Below, in pieces: positions 41,201 through 52,143 of a DNA stretch of 64,000 nt. Source of the stretch: a virus (lineage: Duplodnaviria > Caudoviricetes). The notes below the pieces were generated by a model. That model saw nothing but the letters and a program-made list of their open reading frames with translations. It ran no database searches and had not been told where the DNA came from. Position 1 is the stretch's first letter. Every line of letters starts with the position of its first letter. Where the stretch lies: positions 16,683 through 80,682 of the IMG/VR virus record IMGVR_UViG_3300032233_003207, one strand, 5' to 3'. Made by a program: the position numbers and the translations under genes.

Positions 41201-42028
41201 TTACATATTTATTAGCATATCTTGTATAGTATATTCTGTATTAATAGTTAAATTTGGAGAAACAGGATAATCTGGATTTGAAACATCTCCAAAAGTTACT
41301 GAAAAAGTAATTGCATCTATTATTGTAGAAATTGGAATTTCTCTACGCCATTCTGTTCTTATGTCTAATGTTATTGATTGTCTAAATAATTTATCATTTC
41401 TATCATCAGTTTCAGATGGTCCACCAATACTAATTGGTTTAACTATTATCCCCATATCTTGTAGTGTTTCATAATTTATTTCTGTAAAACAAATTGAAAT
41501 TAATTCTACAAGATCATCTCTTGATCTTAAACTTCTTGTTAATACATCAATATTTAAAGACCCTTCCCATGCTCCAGCTGTAATAAATACAGATGGTTTT
41601 GATATTACTGTTTGATGTCCGTATGGATTTTCATAAGTAATATTTTCATATCTTACACTTCCCTTTTCTCTATTTAAAGAAATAGGAACATATTTATTAT
41701 TTCCTGATTTAACTAAAATAGCAGGATAATAAATTCCATTATATCTATAGTTTTCTCCAATAAATAATCTTGTAGATAGAGGATCTGTTAGACTTAAATC
41801 TGGTCTAGCTCCTGGTCCAGATGGTAAATCTGCTCCTGGTGGTAAATCAGTATGATCAGTAGTATTGGCAAATCCCCATTGATCTTTTGAATAGTGATAA
41901 TAGCTATCTTTAGAAAAAAATTCTCTAAGAGTAGCTATTATTACTTCTTTTGGATACACTAACATAGAAGACTGTATTATGTTGTGTATCTTATAAAGAT
42001 CAGATTGAAAAATATTATTTGAAGACAT
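41201..42028 (-). CDS. Tail terminator/tail completion protein
   Basis: Immediately upstream of the sheath; YPAILV, LNIDVLTRSLRSRDDLVELI and FRQSITLDIRTEW pattern. Confidence 0.65.
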   Translation of the reverse strand: MSSNNIFQSDLYKIHNIIQSSMLVYPKEVIIATLREFFSKDSYYHYSKDQWGFANTTDHTDLPPGADLPSGPGARPDLSLTDPLSTRLFIGENYRYNGIYYPAILVKSGNNKYVPISLNREKGSVRYENITYENPYGHQTVISKPSVFITAGAWEGSLNIDVLTRSLRSRDDLVELISICFTEINYETLQDMGIIVKPISIGGPSETDDRNDKLFRQSITLDIRTEWRREIPISTIIDAITFSVTFGDVSNPDYPVSPNLTINTEYTIQDMLINM

Positions 42029-42031
42029 TAT

Positions 42032-45000
42032 TTACCATCTATATCTAATAGATATTGGGGATATTCCTATTGTTAAATTTGTTCCAGCTATTTTTTTAAC
42101 AGATATTTCTACAGATAATGTGAATGGATATCTATAATTAACTGTATAAAATGGAACTAAATTTCCAAATCCTGGACCCCCTGTTGCAGGATTAATTCCA
42201 GTAAAATCTATATTTTTTATAATAGTTGAAGATGTAGAATTTAATTCTGCAGAAGAAATAAATAAATATGGTGTAGAATTAACAAGATCATCTGGAACTT
42301 TTTGATCTAAATCAAGGTCTGCTAAATAGTCTAAATTAGTATAAGTTAATCCTGATCTGTCCGATGTTTGCATAGTATCTATAAAGTATTTATTAATATT
42401 TAATTTAACTCCTCTATTAGACGCTGAAGCATCTGTATCATTACCAAATGAACGAACGCCCATTTCAGCTTTCAAAATTTTTACATTATTTGGTAAATAT
42501 GCATTTAAACTTTGCTGAAAACCTACTTGTCTTAATTCTGGAGGATCTACCGAGTCAGTTACTCTAAGAACAATTGATTTAAAATTTCCAGTAAGATTGT
42601 ATACAGAAGTTACTTTCCATAAAGGCGTTGTAGAATATATTAAAGAATTATCTGAATAACTACCTGTAGTTAATGGAACTAATATATATCCTGTTTGATT
42701 TATATTTCTTTCAACTATCCATGTTCCAGGTACAGTATAACTAGGCATTGACCATTCAAAAAGTCCTGATTCTATTTCAGAATTTCCACTTAAATATGCA
42801 CTATCAAAGAAATTATCTGTAATTTCACCATAAGATCCTAAACCGTCCCAAAATGGAAGATTGAAGCTATTAAATCTTACATAAGATGATATAGAATTAC
42901 CTTCTCTATAAACTTTATTATTTTTAACTATATTGGTTTTACCTCCAACAATAATTAAATCACTATATAATAGTCCAGAATCACCAAAATTATATAGTCC
43001 TTTAAAAATATTATTTGTAATAATAGAAGATGCAGTAGTGCAAATATAGCCTTGTATATATTTATATGTATAAGGTGTTGAATTTGTTTGTAGCCAATAT
43101 CCAGTAGAAGTAGTATTTCCTGAAATAATGCAAGAAGCGTCATTTCCTTCTCCTGGAGCCTGAGTATTTGGTATTGCTTTTCTGTTAGAAAATACAGTTA
43201 TAGCATATGCTGGCGAAAGAGATTTTACTAAAGTGTTATCATATGGTTCCAAATAACCTGTATAATATGCAGTTAAAGAGTTATTTAATATTTTTAATGA
43301 ACTATTTTCTTCAAAAGTAATTGCAGTGTGAATCCAATTACATATATTATTTTCAATAACAACATTTCCAGATGGATAAGCGCATGTATTTACAGTTTGA
43401 CCAGCTACCAATTTTATTGGTAAATAATATTTTCCATTATGATCAGTGCTCATAATGTTGTGGCAATTATTTCCGCTAATTATTAAACTAGAATCTTTAT
43501 CAGATAAAGAAGTATCATTTGGGAATAAATCAATTACTTTAGAAGACGATCCTACCCAATAACCAATAGATCCGCAAGTATTATTTTCAATTATGCATTT
43601 TTCAGTAACCAAACCAGGGTAAGACATAGAATCTCCCCTTAATACTGATGTTAATACAATTCCTTGATTTTTACCGAAATAATTATTTTTTATATTAATG
43701 TTTTTTAATAAAGGCTGTTGTTGATTGCTTGAGCTTTGAGCAGATGTATTTATAATTGAAATAGCAGATCGAATATCTCTATCAGTCTTTCTGATATTTT
43801 TAAACTTACAATTAGTAATATTAACATTACTCAATATAGATGTATTACTTGATAATTCAAAATTAATAAAACTAAATCTGTTAGATATAACAAAAACAGT
43901 ATCAATTGGATCGTGTATAAATTCAACATTATCAATTATAATATTGTCTAATGAAGTATTAATTTTTGAATAAATAACTGCTCGACCATTATTAACTAAA
44001 TTATTAACATCATAAGTTACAGCTGAAAGTCCATCTGAAGTATTTAAATAGTCTGTAACATTATCAAATGTATCTGGACTAGCAACTAATGGATTATAAC
44101 TAGTTTTAATATATGAATCTTTTAAAACTAATCCATCTGATAATGTATTTCTAATACATTGTGCAAAGTTGCCTTCAAATATGCAGCTAGTTAATTTAAC
44201 ACTAGGACTATTTTTTATTATGAACATAGTTCCCGGAACATATCCGTCATTTGGATCTACGTTAAAATCTAATGTTATTTTTGTATCATTAACTATAAAT
44301 TTATTCGCACTATCTAATAAGAATAAAGCTCCGCTGGTTGCATTAAATTTAAATCCAACATCTAATATACAGTCATCAAATTTAATGTTATTCGATTTCT
44401 TTACATTAAAAATAACATTGTTATCTGATATTGAATCTGCCAATTCATTTGTAATAACAATATGACAGTTTTCAAATATTATATTTGAAGAATTTTCTTT
44501 TACAAAAATTTTATTCTTAAAAAGAAGATTAATATTTCTAAATGTAATATTTGATCCAAATGTTACAGGTTTATTAAAAGTAATGATTGCATCATTTTGA
44601 CCATCAATAACTACATTGGAAATAAAATCTAAAGTAATTGGCTTTGCAATTATTCCATAACCTTCTGAAGATCCTTTAACAATTGCAGTGCCATTATATA
44701 AATTATTATATTTAATCCAATTAAATATTGATTCAATATTTTGAAAATTTCCTTGAGAACCAAAATTTGCTAGTTTAAGATCAAAATTGTTATCTAAATC
44801 ATTTACAAATCTTCTAGCATCAGTAATGCTTAAAGATATTGATAAAGGAGATTGTACAACGGTTGAAGATACAACATATAATAATGTTAAATTCTTTTTA
44901 TTATTTATAATATTTGAAAAAGTTGTAGCTTCTAAATTATAAGATAATCCATTTGCAGGATTATATGCTCTAAATAATCTATTTGAAGTTCCTGGCGTAC

Positions 45001-48000
45001 CAGCCTCAACATCTAACATTGGTATTGGTTGGTATTCTCCACGATCATTTATACAGAGAGCCCAATTAATATTATAGTAAACAGATGAATAAGATGAATA
45101 TACTTCTTGTATAATTGGAATAACAACTGTTTGTTTATTTACTTGAATGAATTTTCCATTAACTAATGCTACACCACCATTTATATAAATTTGATTGCTA
45201 TTTGGATTTACTCCTGTAGTTTGTAAATCAAATCCTCTAATTACACCATTTGCATGTAATAATTTTTCACCAGTAGAAATATAATTTAAAGCTGAGGTTC
45301 CTAAATCTTTTTCTCCTATATTTCCAAATGCTCTTTCATCTTTAATATTAGTAACTTTTTTAGTTATATCATCAAGTTGACAAGTTGCAATTAACATTAT
45401 TTCATTATCTAATGATAATGTTGGAAATAATTGGAAGTCTAGAGCTTGATTATTAAATGCGGATACTGTAACATTTGCATCAAATAAAATATCAATATAA
45501 TCAATATTTGACTCATCATAAAATCTAGTAATTTCGCCCACTCTACCTTGTGTGATTGGTCCTAAATTATTAGTTCCAACTCCATCATAATAGCATAAGT
45601 ATCCTACATATGTTCCATATGAGGTGAATTGAGTAATATAAAGAGAAATTTTATTTACATTTCCAAATTGATATCCTCTTAATTTTGGAGACACTCTAAC
45701 TATATTTAATTTGTTTAATTCAGAATATGTATATAATGGAACAGAGCCATTAATATTTATAGTAGAAGAGCTTGCATTTATTCTTGCTCTTTCATGAGTA
45801 AATGTTTCTCCATTTTGATTTATTAATACCTCAAAATGTCTCTTAAATGGTGATACTATAGATAAATCTGTTGCACTTTCTTTATTAAAAGAAATAGAAC
45901 TATAGTCTAAATAAATTGCTACTTCTGATCCGATATCTAAAGTAGTTGTAGGAGATACTGCATTTGCATGTACAGCATCATATACAGTAATATCAGTAAA
46001 ATCAACTGAACCACATGAAGAATTTATTGATTGGATAATAAATCTTCCAAAATTTACAAGACCGCCTGAATTTACTTTTTGTATAACAATAGTTTTTCCT
46101 ACTGCTAAACCAGAAGTAGATAAATCTAATGGAATTCTATATGTAACTTCAACTCTTCCTACTGGTACAGGTCCTGGATAAATATTTTTATCATAAATTG
46201 TGCCAAGCCAATATCCATCTCCATATTTATCTTGAATTTGGTTTTTATCTAAACCAAATTTTTCTATTTCAAATCCATTTACATAAAAATTATTTCTCTT
46301 AAGTGGAATAAATATTTTTGTAGGAGTTTGAGATGCGTCTGCTGTATCATAACTTGCAGAATATGGAGGGCTTGCTAAATTTGCTTTGGTTGGACCAAAT
46401 CCAAGAGGATCTAAAGGTAAAAGCGATGTAGCTGAAGTTAAACCAACTATATTTTTAGGAAATGCTATTGCAGTTGCTGAAGTATTATAAGAACCATTAG
46501 ATCCAATAATTCCACTTAATATTGAAAAAGATGTATTATTATATGAATCTGCTAATGCAATACCAAATTCTCCTTGATATTGAAATGCTACAAATCTATA
46601 ATTAAATCCTGAAGCTCTAAATGCATTATTTGTTGATTCAATTATTGATTCTAATGTATATTTTCCAGGAGTTGCGCCTGCATTACCAGTTATATCTATA
46701 CCTGGTAATATAGTATATCCATCAGCAGGATTTCCTGTAGGATATAATGCTAAATATAAAACATAATGCTCTGAATCTATTAGATCAGGATTAAATCCAA
46801 TACCTAAAGCTGAAGCTGATCTTGCATTAACTGCAATAAGGCTTGGTATTTCAGAAAAATTATTATTTGCAGCTGCAACTGCTAAAGCTGCATATTTATT
46901 ATTATTTAATAATGGTTTATCAATTCTTGCACTTGCAGTAGTAGAATACTTTAAATTTTTTCCTTCAATTCTAACTGAATATTTTTTATTACCAGAAGTT
47001 TGAACATATTTTTTTTCTTTTATAATATGAGAAATTTCAACGCCATCATAATTAATTCTAATGATATCGCCAACTTTAACTAATGCAAATTTAGCATCAA
47101 ATGAATTTGATGACATATCTGAACTAGATGGTTTGAATTCAACAATATCATCACCAGTATTAATATCATCAAAAGGAGATGAATTATTTCCAATATTTAA
47201 TAAATATGTAGTTACTTGAGTTGAAGGAACTATTTCTTGACCATATCCATCAACTACTAAATTTGCAGATCTTGATTCTCTAGATATTCCATTAGAAAAT
47301 AAATTTTGTATTCTTGTGCCTAACAAAAATATACTTGCACTATCTATATAATTTGCAAATTTTTGTAAATCATTTGCAGTCTGAGGTATTGTAGAAAATC
47401 TATCAGTATCTATAAATATACCACTAGATAAGTGAGCATATGAAGATGGATATGATGAAGTTCCATTATTAGTTGTAATAGAGCTTACTGTTTCAGTAGC
47501 ATATCCATCAGCAAATTGATGATAAAGTAATTCATTGTTTAATTCTGTAAGAGCAGTAAATGCATTTGAATTATCTCTAAAATTTTTAAACTTATCTTTA
47601 AATCCTAAAGCTGGATTATCTGTTACAGCAATTTGCGATAATGTATGTACGAAAGCAAATCCTAATAAATGAGGATCTAATTTAGAGCCAGTAGAAGATA
47701 TCCATCCTAAACTAGTATTAACATCTGCTGATAAATCTTTTATATAATTAAATAAATCAGATGTTCTGTAATCTAATTTTAATTTAGATTCTTGAATCTC
47801 TGCACTGCTTGATATTTGTGCGTTTGTAATTGGTAAAGTTACTAACCCTAATCCAGTTATAGCGGAAGGCTTAATTGTACCATCTAAATTTAGAGATATT
47901 CCAATTCTATTTGCAACTGACCCTGTAGTTCCATCTGCTCCTAAACCTAAATATTGTTCAATATTAAATACAGCATCTCTGACTGCATTAATAGCCTCTG

Positions 48001-48076
48001 CTCCAATTTCTGTTAAATTGTCATTTACAAAGGGCAATGTAACATCATCATCAAAATTTGAAGGAAATTTACTCAT
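42032..48076 (-). CDS. 2014-aa fibre/appendage protein with right-handed parallel beta-helix region
   Basis: Repeated Asn-ladder rungs (IIFENC, IKFDDC, IENNTC, ISGNNC, IENNIC, ISGNTT, ITNNIF, VKNNKV, ITDNFF) in the C-terminal half. Confidence 0.6.
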   Translation of the reverse strand: MSKFPSNFDDDVTLPFVNDNLTEIGAEAINAVRDAVFNIEQYLGLGADGTTGSVANRIGISLNLDGTIKPSAITGLGLVTLPITNAQISSSAEIQESKLKLDYRTSDLFNYIKDLSADVNTSLGWISSTGSKLDPHLLGFAFVHTLSQIAVTDNPALGFKDKFKNFRDNSNAFTALTELNNELLYHQFADGYATETVSSITTNNGTSSYPSSYAHLSSGIFIDTDRFSTIPQTANDLQKFANYIDSASIFLLGTRIQNLFSNGISRESRSANLVVDGYGQEIVPSTQVTTYLLNIGNNSSPFDDINTGDDIVEFKPSSSDMSSNSFDAKFALVKVGDIIRINYDGVEISHIIKEKKYVQTSGNKKYSVRIEGKNLKYSTTASARIDKPLLNNNKYAALAVAAANNNFSEIPSLIAVNARSASALGIGFNPDLIDSEHYVLYLALYPTGNPADGYTILPGIDITGNAGATPGKYTLESIIESTNNAFRASGFNYRFVAFQYQGEFGIALADSYNNTSFSILSGIIGSNGSYNTSATAIAFPKNIVGLTSATSLLPLDPLGFGPTKANLASPPYSASYDTADASQTPTKIFIPLKRNNFYVNGFEIEKFGLDKNQIQDKYGDGYWLGTIYDKNIYPGPVPVGRVEVTYRIPLDLSTSGLAVGKTIVIQKVNSGGLVNFGRFIIQSINSSCGSVDFTDITVYDAVHANAVSPTTTLDIGSEVAIYLDYSSISFNKESATDLSIVSPFKRHFEVLINQNGETFTHERARINASSSTININGSVPLYTYSELNKLNIVRVSPKLRGYQFGNVNKISLYITQFTSYGTYVGYLCYYDGVGTNNLGPITQGRVGEITRFYDESNIDYIDILFDANVTVSAFNNQALDFQLFPTLSLDNEIMLIATCQLDDITKKVTNIKDERAFGNIGEKDLGTSALNYISTGEKLLHANGVIRGFDLQTTGVNPNSNQIYINGGVALVNGKFIQVNKQTVVIPIIQEVYSSYSSVYYNINWALCINDRGEYQPIPMLDVEAGTPGTSNRLFRAYNPANGLSYNLEATTFSNIINNKKNLTLLYVVSSTVVQSPLSISLSITDARRFVNDLDNNFDLKLANFGSQGNFQNIESIFNWIKYNNLYNGTAIVKGSSEGYGIIAKPITLDFISNVVIDGQNDAIITFNKPVTFGSNITFRNINLLFKNKIFVKENSSNIIFENCHIVITNELADSISDNNVIFNVKKSNNIKFDDCILDVGFKFNATSGALFLLDSANKFIVNDTKITLDFNVDPNDGYVPGTMFIIKNSPSVKLTSCIFEGNFAQCIRNTLSDGLVLKDSYIKTSYNPLVASPDTFDNVTDYLNTSDGLSAVTYDVNNLVNNGRAVIYSKINTSLDNIIIDNVEFIHDPIDTVFVISNRFSFINFELSSNTSILSNVNITNCKFKNIRKTDRDIRSAISIINTSAQSSSNQQQPLLKNINIKNNYFGKNQGIVLTSVLRGDSMSYPGLVTEKCIIENNTCGSIGYWVGSSSKVIDLFPNDTSLSDKDSSLIISGNNCHNIMSTDHNGKYYLPIKLVAGQTVNTCAYPSGNVVIENNICNWIHTAITFEENSSLKILNNSLTAYYTGYLEPYDNTLVKSLSPAYAITVFSNRKAIPNTQAPGEGNDASCIISGNTTSTGYWLQTNSTPYTYKYIQGYICTTASSIITNNIFKGLYNFGDSGLLYSDLIIVGGKTNIVKNNKVYREGNSISSYVRFNSFNLPFWDGLGSYGEITDNFFDSAYLSGNSEIESGLFEWSMPSYTVPGTWIVERNINQTGYILVPLTTGSYSDNSLIYSTTPLWKVTSVYNLTGNFKSIVLRVTDSVDPPELRQVGFQQSLNAYLPNNVKILKAEMGVRSFGNDTDASASNRGVKLNINKYFIDTMQTSDRSGLTYTNLDYLADLDLDQKVPDDLVNSTPYLFISSAELNSTSSTIIKNIDFTGINPATGGPGFGNLVPFYTVNYRYPFTLSVEISVKKIAGTNLTIGISPISIRYRW

Positions 48077-48121
48077 TATTTCACCGCTAATTTAGGTTTA
48101 CTACAATATTATGACTTAAAA

Positions 48122-48499
48122 TTACTTATCTTCTTGCTTTTCTTTTTCTTCTGGCTCTATAGTAATTTTTGAAAATAATAAAGATTTTATAACTCTATAT
48201 AAAAGACCTGACATTAATCCTGCTACTAAACCAAATATTATTCTTCCTCCATTAGAGGATAATTGATTAGGATATGGATAAGTTTTAAATAAAAATCCAC
48301 ATAACCCGCCAACTAAAACTGGTAAAATAGGTAACATCAAATCATTCCATAATTTTAAAATTTTAGATTTTTGTGATACTTTAAACCAATCTAATAATAA
48401 AAATTCTGCTAATTTTCTAATTACAAATATTAATGCGGCAATAGCTAAACCAAAGACAACAAATTGCCAAGTTATAAGCATTGTAAGAATTGGATCCAT
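48122..48499 (-). CDS. Holin-like small membrane protein
   Basis: 125 aa, three predicted TM helices and a charged C-terminal tail. Confidence 0.55.
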   Translation of the reverse strand: MDPILTMLITWQFVVFGLAIAALIFVIRKLAEFLLLDWFKVSQKSKILKLWNDLMLPILPVLVGGLCGFLFKTYPYPNQLSSNGGRIIFGLVAGLMSGLLYRVIKSLLFSKITIEPEEKEKQEDK

Positions 48500-48560
48500 A
48501 ATTATTCTCCTTGCAATTATACAAAATAATTAATATATTATTAATAATATATTAATTTGA

Positions 48561-49871
48561 TTAATCTGCAATTATGCTCAATTTTACAACTGCAAACCAA
48601 TTTATAGTTGTGGCTGCATTAAAACCAGTTTTAATAAGTAATGTTGCGCCTGAATTAACAATATCTCCAGCATCCCAGCCAGATGCTGGAGCGCCAGTAT
48701 CTCTATAATCATAGGCACTTAAACTTCCCATAGGAGTAGCTCCTCCTGATGAATCAATAGAATAGCCTAAAAACATACTAATTTGAGAAGAATTGCTACT
48801 TCCAACTTGTTTTCCTATCATAGTAACATCAACATAAACAGAAGAATTATTTGGCATTAAGTAAGAAAATATATTATTTGCAGTATTTGTTGTAGTTTGC
48901 GAGCTAGTTCTTGTAGAATATACTTGATTGCCGGAATCTAAATAACCCCAAATATTAGGATTCTGCATAGAACCAACTACAAATTGATTTCCTGTTGATT
49001 CTAAAATATTTAATTGTCCATTATTACAGTATAATAAAACTCCACCAGTAGGACTGCCTGAACTAGGCTCATCTGCAGCCTCTTTAATGTAAAGTACTAA
49101 ATCGCCATCAGGCACTTCTCCATCATCTGATTCTCCTAATAAGCTTAATACTCTTCTACCATCAGAAAATTTAGTAGCTTGTATCATAGTTGAATTATGA
49201 TTATCTACTGATAGTTTAACTCCTCCTGGTGCATTATCAAGGCCAGCATAACCGCCAGATATTACTACATTTCCTCCATTACCTAGCGCCGATTGTGCCG
49301 TAAGAGTTAAATCTACACCATCTGTACTACTTGCATAAGATTGAGATATTGAAGGAATAGATGTTTCACTAAAAATTAAATTATTTGCAGGTATTAAAAC
49401 ATTTCCTGAAATGTCTCCAGAAATTTGAATTACTTGTTGATTTAGATTATTTCCAGCTAAATCTTGTGATGCTGTAAAAATTCCAGATAAAGTAGTTGGA
49501 GTCCATGATACTCCATCCCAAATTAATGATTGACCTGCAGATGGAACTAATGTGCTAATAGGCTTTCCTTGTATACTAGAAACAGTAATAGTATCTGCTG
49601 TTCCAGAAATATCTCCATTAATTTTAATAACACCTTTAGAAGATATTGTTGCGTCAGGTAAAGAAGGAGAGTAAATAACATTAGCTAATGAAGAAATAGC
49701 ATCTTGTACATTTTCTTTAGTATTTCCATCTATAACTATTTTAGGAAATAAATCTATTTGACCTGCTTGATGACGAAAATCAGTACCTTCTTTGTGGCTT
49801 TCAAAATCAAAACGATCAGTAACTAATCTTCCAACATTTTTTTTATAATTAGGAACTAAAGGGTCACTCAT
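48561..49871 (-). CDS. Fibre/whisker-like structural protein
   Basis: DATISSKGVIKINGDISG and AGQSLIWDGVSWTP fibre motifs; beta-rich head-like C-terminus. Confidence 0.6.
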   Translation of the reverse strand: MSDPLVPNYKKNVGRLVTDRFDFESHKEGTDFRHQAGQIDLFPKIVIDGNTKENVQDAISSLANVIYSPSLPDATISSKGVIKINGDISGTADTITVSSIQGKPISTLVPSAGQSLIWDGVSWTPTTLSGIFTASQDLAGNNLNQQVIQISGDISGNVLIPANNLIFSETSIPSISQSYASSTDGVDLTLTAQSALGNGGNVVISGGYAGLDNAPGGVKLSVDNHNSTMIQATKFSDGRRVLSLLGESDDGEVPDGDLVLYIKEAADEPSSGSPTGGVLLYCNNGQLNILESTGNQFVVGSMQNPNIWGYLDSGNQVYSTRTSSQTTTNTANNIFSYLMPNNSSVYVDVTMIGKQVGSSNSSQISMFLGYSIDSSGGATPMGSLSAYDYRDTGAPASGWDAGDIVNSGATLLIKTGFNAATTINWFAVVKLSIIAD

Positions 49872-49915
49872 TGTATACTCTCATTTAAAATTATTATATG
49901 TATGCTAGTTTATTA

Positions 49916-51496
49916 TTAGGGCAGCAAAATTGCATGAGTATGACCTAATACCTCTAAAACTTCTCCATTTACAATAGGATGATTATGACCTTGCATTACT
50001 GAAGTAGTTTGATTAACTTGATTTACTGATGTAATATTTTCATTTACAACTATTTTATGTGTATGTGGTGGAATACTTGCTGTCATTCCAATAGATGTAT
50101 TTAATTGTGATGGAAGTTTAGACGTATCTCTAAAAATACGTATTTGATAGGCTGGGTCTGTCTTTCTGATTCTTTGAACTCTTAACTTTTGACCGCCTTG
50201 CAATCCAACTAATGTATTATTTCTAGATACGGTCATAACTTCATATCTAAATTCTTCATTTCCATCAATGTCAAATAAAACAATAACATCTCTATTTTTT
50301 ATAGTTGGCACTGTTAATGTCCAAAATTCTGTAGAAAATTCAGATTCCAAGCCAGCTTCTTGCATCTTTAAATTTTCTTCTGCTGCTGATGGTCTAACTA
50401 ATATCCTTCCATCTGACCTTCTTGGATTAAAATATTGTTCATATCCAAATACAAATTTGGTTCCATAACAGTATGGACACCTATCATCTGCATATTCGCT
50501 AGATGCTCTATAACAAGCGCATGTAACACCTGTTCTAACTCTTTTTATTAAAACTGCAGGCTTACCTGTAACATTTAATAAAAATTCTTGTCTTTGATTA
50601 TTGTGATCTTGTACTGATAAACCTCTTAAAACATTAACATTTCCATATCCATCAATACATCCCATTTCTCCACCAATGTAGCTTCCTACACAGGCACCTG
50701 TCAATAATAATACTGGATCTGTTCTATGATATCCGGCATAATCATAAGATGGAAACCCAATATTAGATTCATCGCTTGCTGATAAATCAGTAGTTAATAT
50801 GTCTTTAGTAACTTGATGATATCCATCATTTTGTGTGTATGGAAAATTAGGATATTCAAATCTAGATTGACATCTATAAATTCTATCAAATCTATTGTCT
50901 TCTCCCACCACAAATAATGTAACCGCAGGATTCCATAATTTATATCCATCATATCCATCTATATTATGATCTAATGCTAAAGTACCATTAACCCCTCTTT
51001 GAGAAATATTGGTTAATACTAAATTTTTATTAAAAGAATCTACAGACAAATATTGTATTAATTCAACTCCTACTTTTATAAGTCCATTAGATGGAAAACC
51101 ATCTATATCAATTAAAGGTATAATTAAATCAGAACTAGTTATATTTGACCTTAATAAACTATTAGGATAAACTCTTAAATTATCATATGCAACAGCTAAA
51201 ATATTTTCAAGATTAAATATTGTAGAATCATACTCTACAGGTCTAACAGAAAAATAATAATTTTGTCCTGGGTTCAAATTTATAATATTTGCTTCTAAAG
51301 AAGAATCAATAGATACATATTTTACGCCTTCATAAAAAACATCTTCTTTTTCTGTCGAATAGTAAATATGATAAGCTATTTTATTATTAATATTTGTGGC
51401 ATAGGCTTGAAACCATTTTATATTAATTGTATAACCATCTCCTAAAGAGGACACAGCATCTATACCAACATAAGGTGGATTTAAATAATAAACCAT
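49916..51496 (-). CDS. Neck/head-closure-like protein with N-terminal FN3-like domain
   Basis: FN3-like INIKW...YHIYYST...INLNPGQNYYFSVRPV; CAC...CPYCYGT Zn-ribbon; WTLTVPTIKNRDVIV...RYEV closure-like beta-barrel; His-rich C-terminus. Confidence 0.55.
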   Translation of the reverse strand: MVYYLNPPYVGIDAVSSLGDGYTINIKWFQAYATNINNKIAYHIYYSTEKEDVFYEGVKYVSIDSSLEANIINLNPGQNYYFSVRPVEYDSTIFNLENILAVAYDNLRVYPNSLLRSNITSSDLIIPLIDIDGFPSNGLIKVGVELIQYLSVDSFNKNLVLTNISQRGVNGTLALDHNIDGYDGYKLWNPAVTLFVVGEDNRFDRIYRCQSRFEYPNFPYTQNDGYHQVTKDILTTDLSASDESNIGFPSYDYAGYHRTDPVLLLTGACVGSYIGGEMGCIDGYGNVNVLRGLSVQDHNNQRQEFLLNVTGKPAVLIKRVRTGVTCACYRASSEYADDRCPYCYGTKFVFGYEQYFNPRRSDGRILVRPSAAEENLKMQEAGLESEFSTEFWTLTVPTIKNRDVIVLFDIDGNEEFRYEVMTVSRNNTLVGLQGGQKLRVQRIRKTDPAYQIRIFRDTSKLPSQLNTSIGMTASIPPHTHKIVVNENITSVNQVNQTTSVMQGHNHPIVNGEVLEVLGHTHAILLP

Positions 51497-51581
51497 ATTA
51501 TTATTCTTATTTATTAGCTTTTTTATTTTAGAATAATAAAAATCTCGACAAAATAATGGGATATTATATAGGGAGAGTAGG

Positions 51582-52085
51582 TTATATATTTTTTAGTAGT
51601 ACTGCTTCTAATTTATCTTTTTTACCATTATCTTTCACATCATGATAATCTAGTAAGTTATCTACATATTTTTCTGCTTCATCTTCTCCAAAATGATCTG
51701 CAATATATTCTACTTGGTTTTGAAATCCTTCTTGTTCAAATTTATTATCTAAATACTCTCCATCATCTGCACCTTTAGTAGGCTTTTTACCAAAACATTG
51801 TTGTAACCAGTGGGTATATTCATGAACTAAATAAGAGTAGTCAAATTTGTCAAAACCATCAGAAATAAGTTTATAGTTTAACCAAACTACCCCATGGTCA
51901 GTCTTAGCTGAAACGTCTAGGGTTTTAAAGTACGTAGGAATATAATCTATCATATCAATGTCTTGACCGTGCTCTTTAAAAACACTTTTCATTATCTTAT
52001 CTTTTTTAAGATTTTTTTTTGCTTTATTAATAATTCGCATCAAAAACATTGGCGACATATCTTTAATAGACAACTTTTTTTTCAT
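51582..52085 (-). CDS. Zincin-like metallopeptidase
   Basis: LVHEYTHWLQ (HExxH) with downstream FEQEGF glutamate. Confidence 0.6.
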   Translation of the reverse strand: MKKKLSIKDMSPMFLMRIINKAKKNLKKDKIMKSVFKEHGQDIDMIDYIPTYFKTLDVSAKTDHGVVWLNYKLISDGFDKFDYSYLVHEYTHWLQQCFGKKPTKGADDGEYLDNKFEQEGFQNQVEYIADHFGEDEAEKYVDNLLDYHDVKDNGKKDKLEAVLLKNI

Positions 52086-52143
52086 AAAATTATACTAGTT
52101 AATTGATACATTAAATGCAAGATATAAAATCAAAAGGCATACA

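Noticed and set aside
6387-48076. Inteins or group I introns explaining the very large structural genes
   Set aside because: No intein C1/HN-C motifs, embedded endonuclease motifs or frame interruptions were seen in these ORFs.
1699-50468. Short plus-strand ORFs antisense to the structural and sugar genes (e.g. 1699, 8728, 12992, 24174, 36985, 39405)
   Set aside because: Fully overlapped by longer motif-bearing minus-strand genes and lacking recognisable features.
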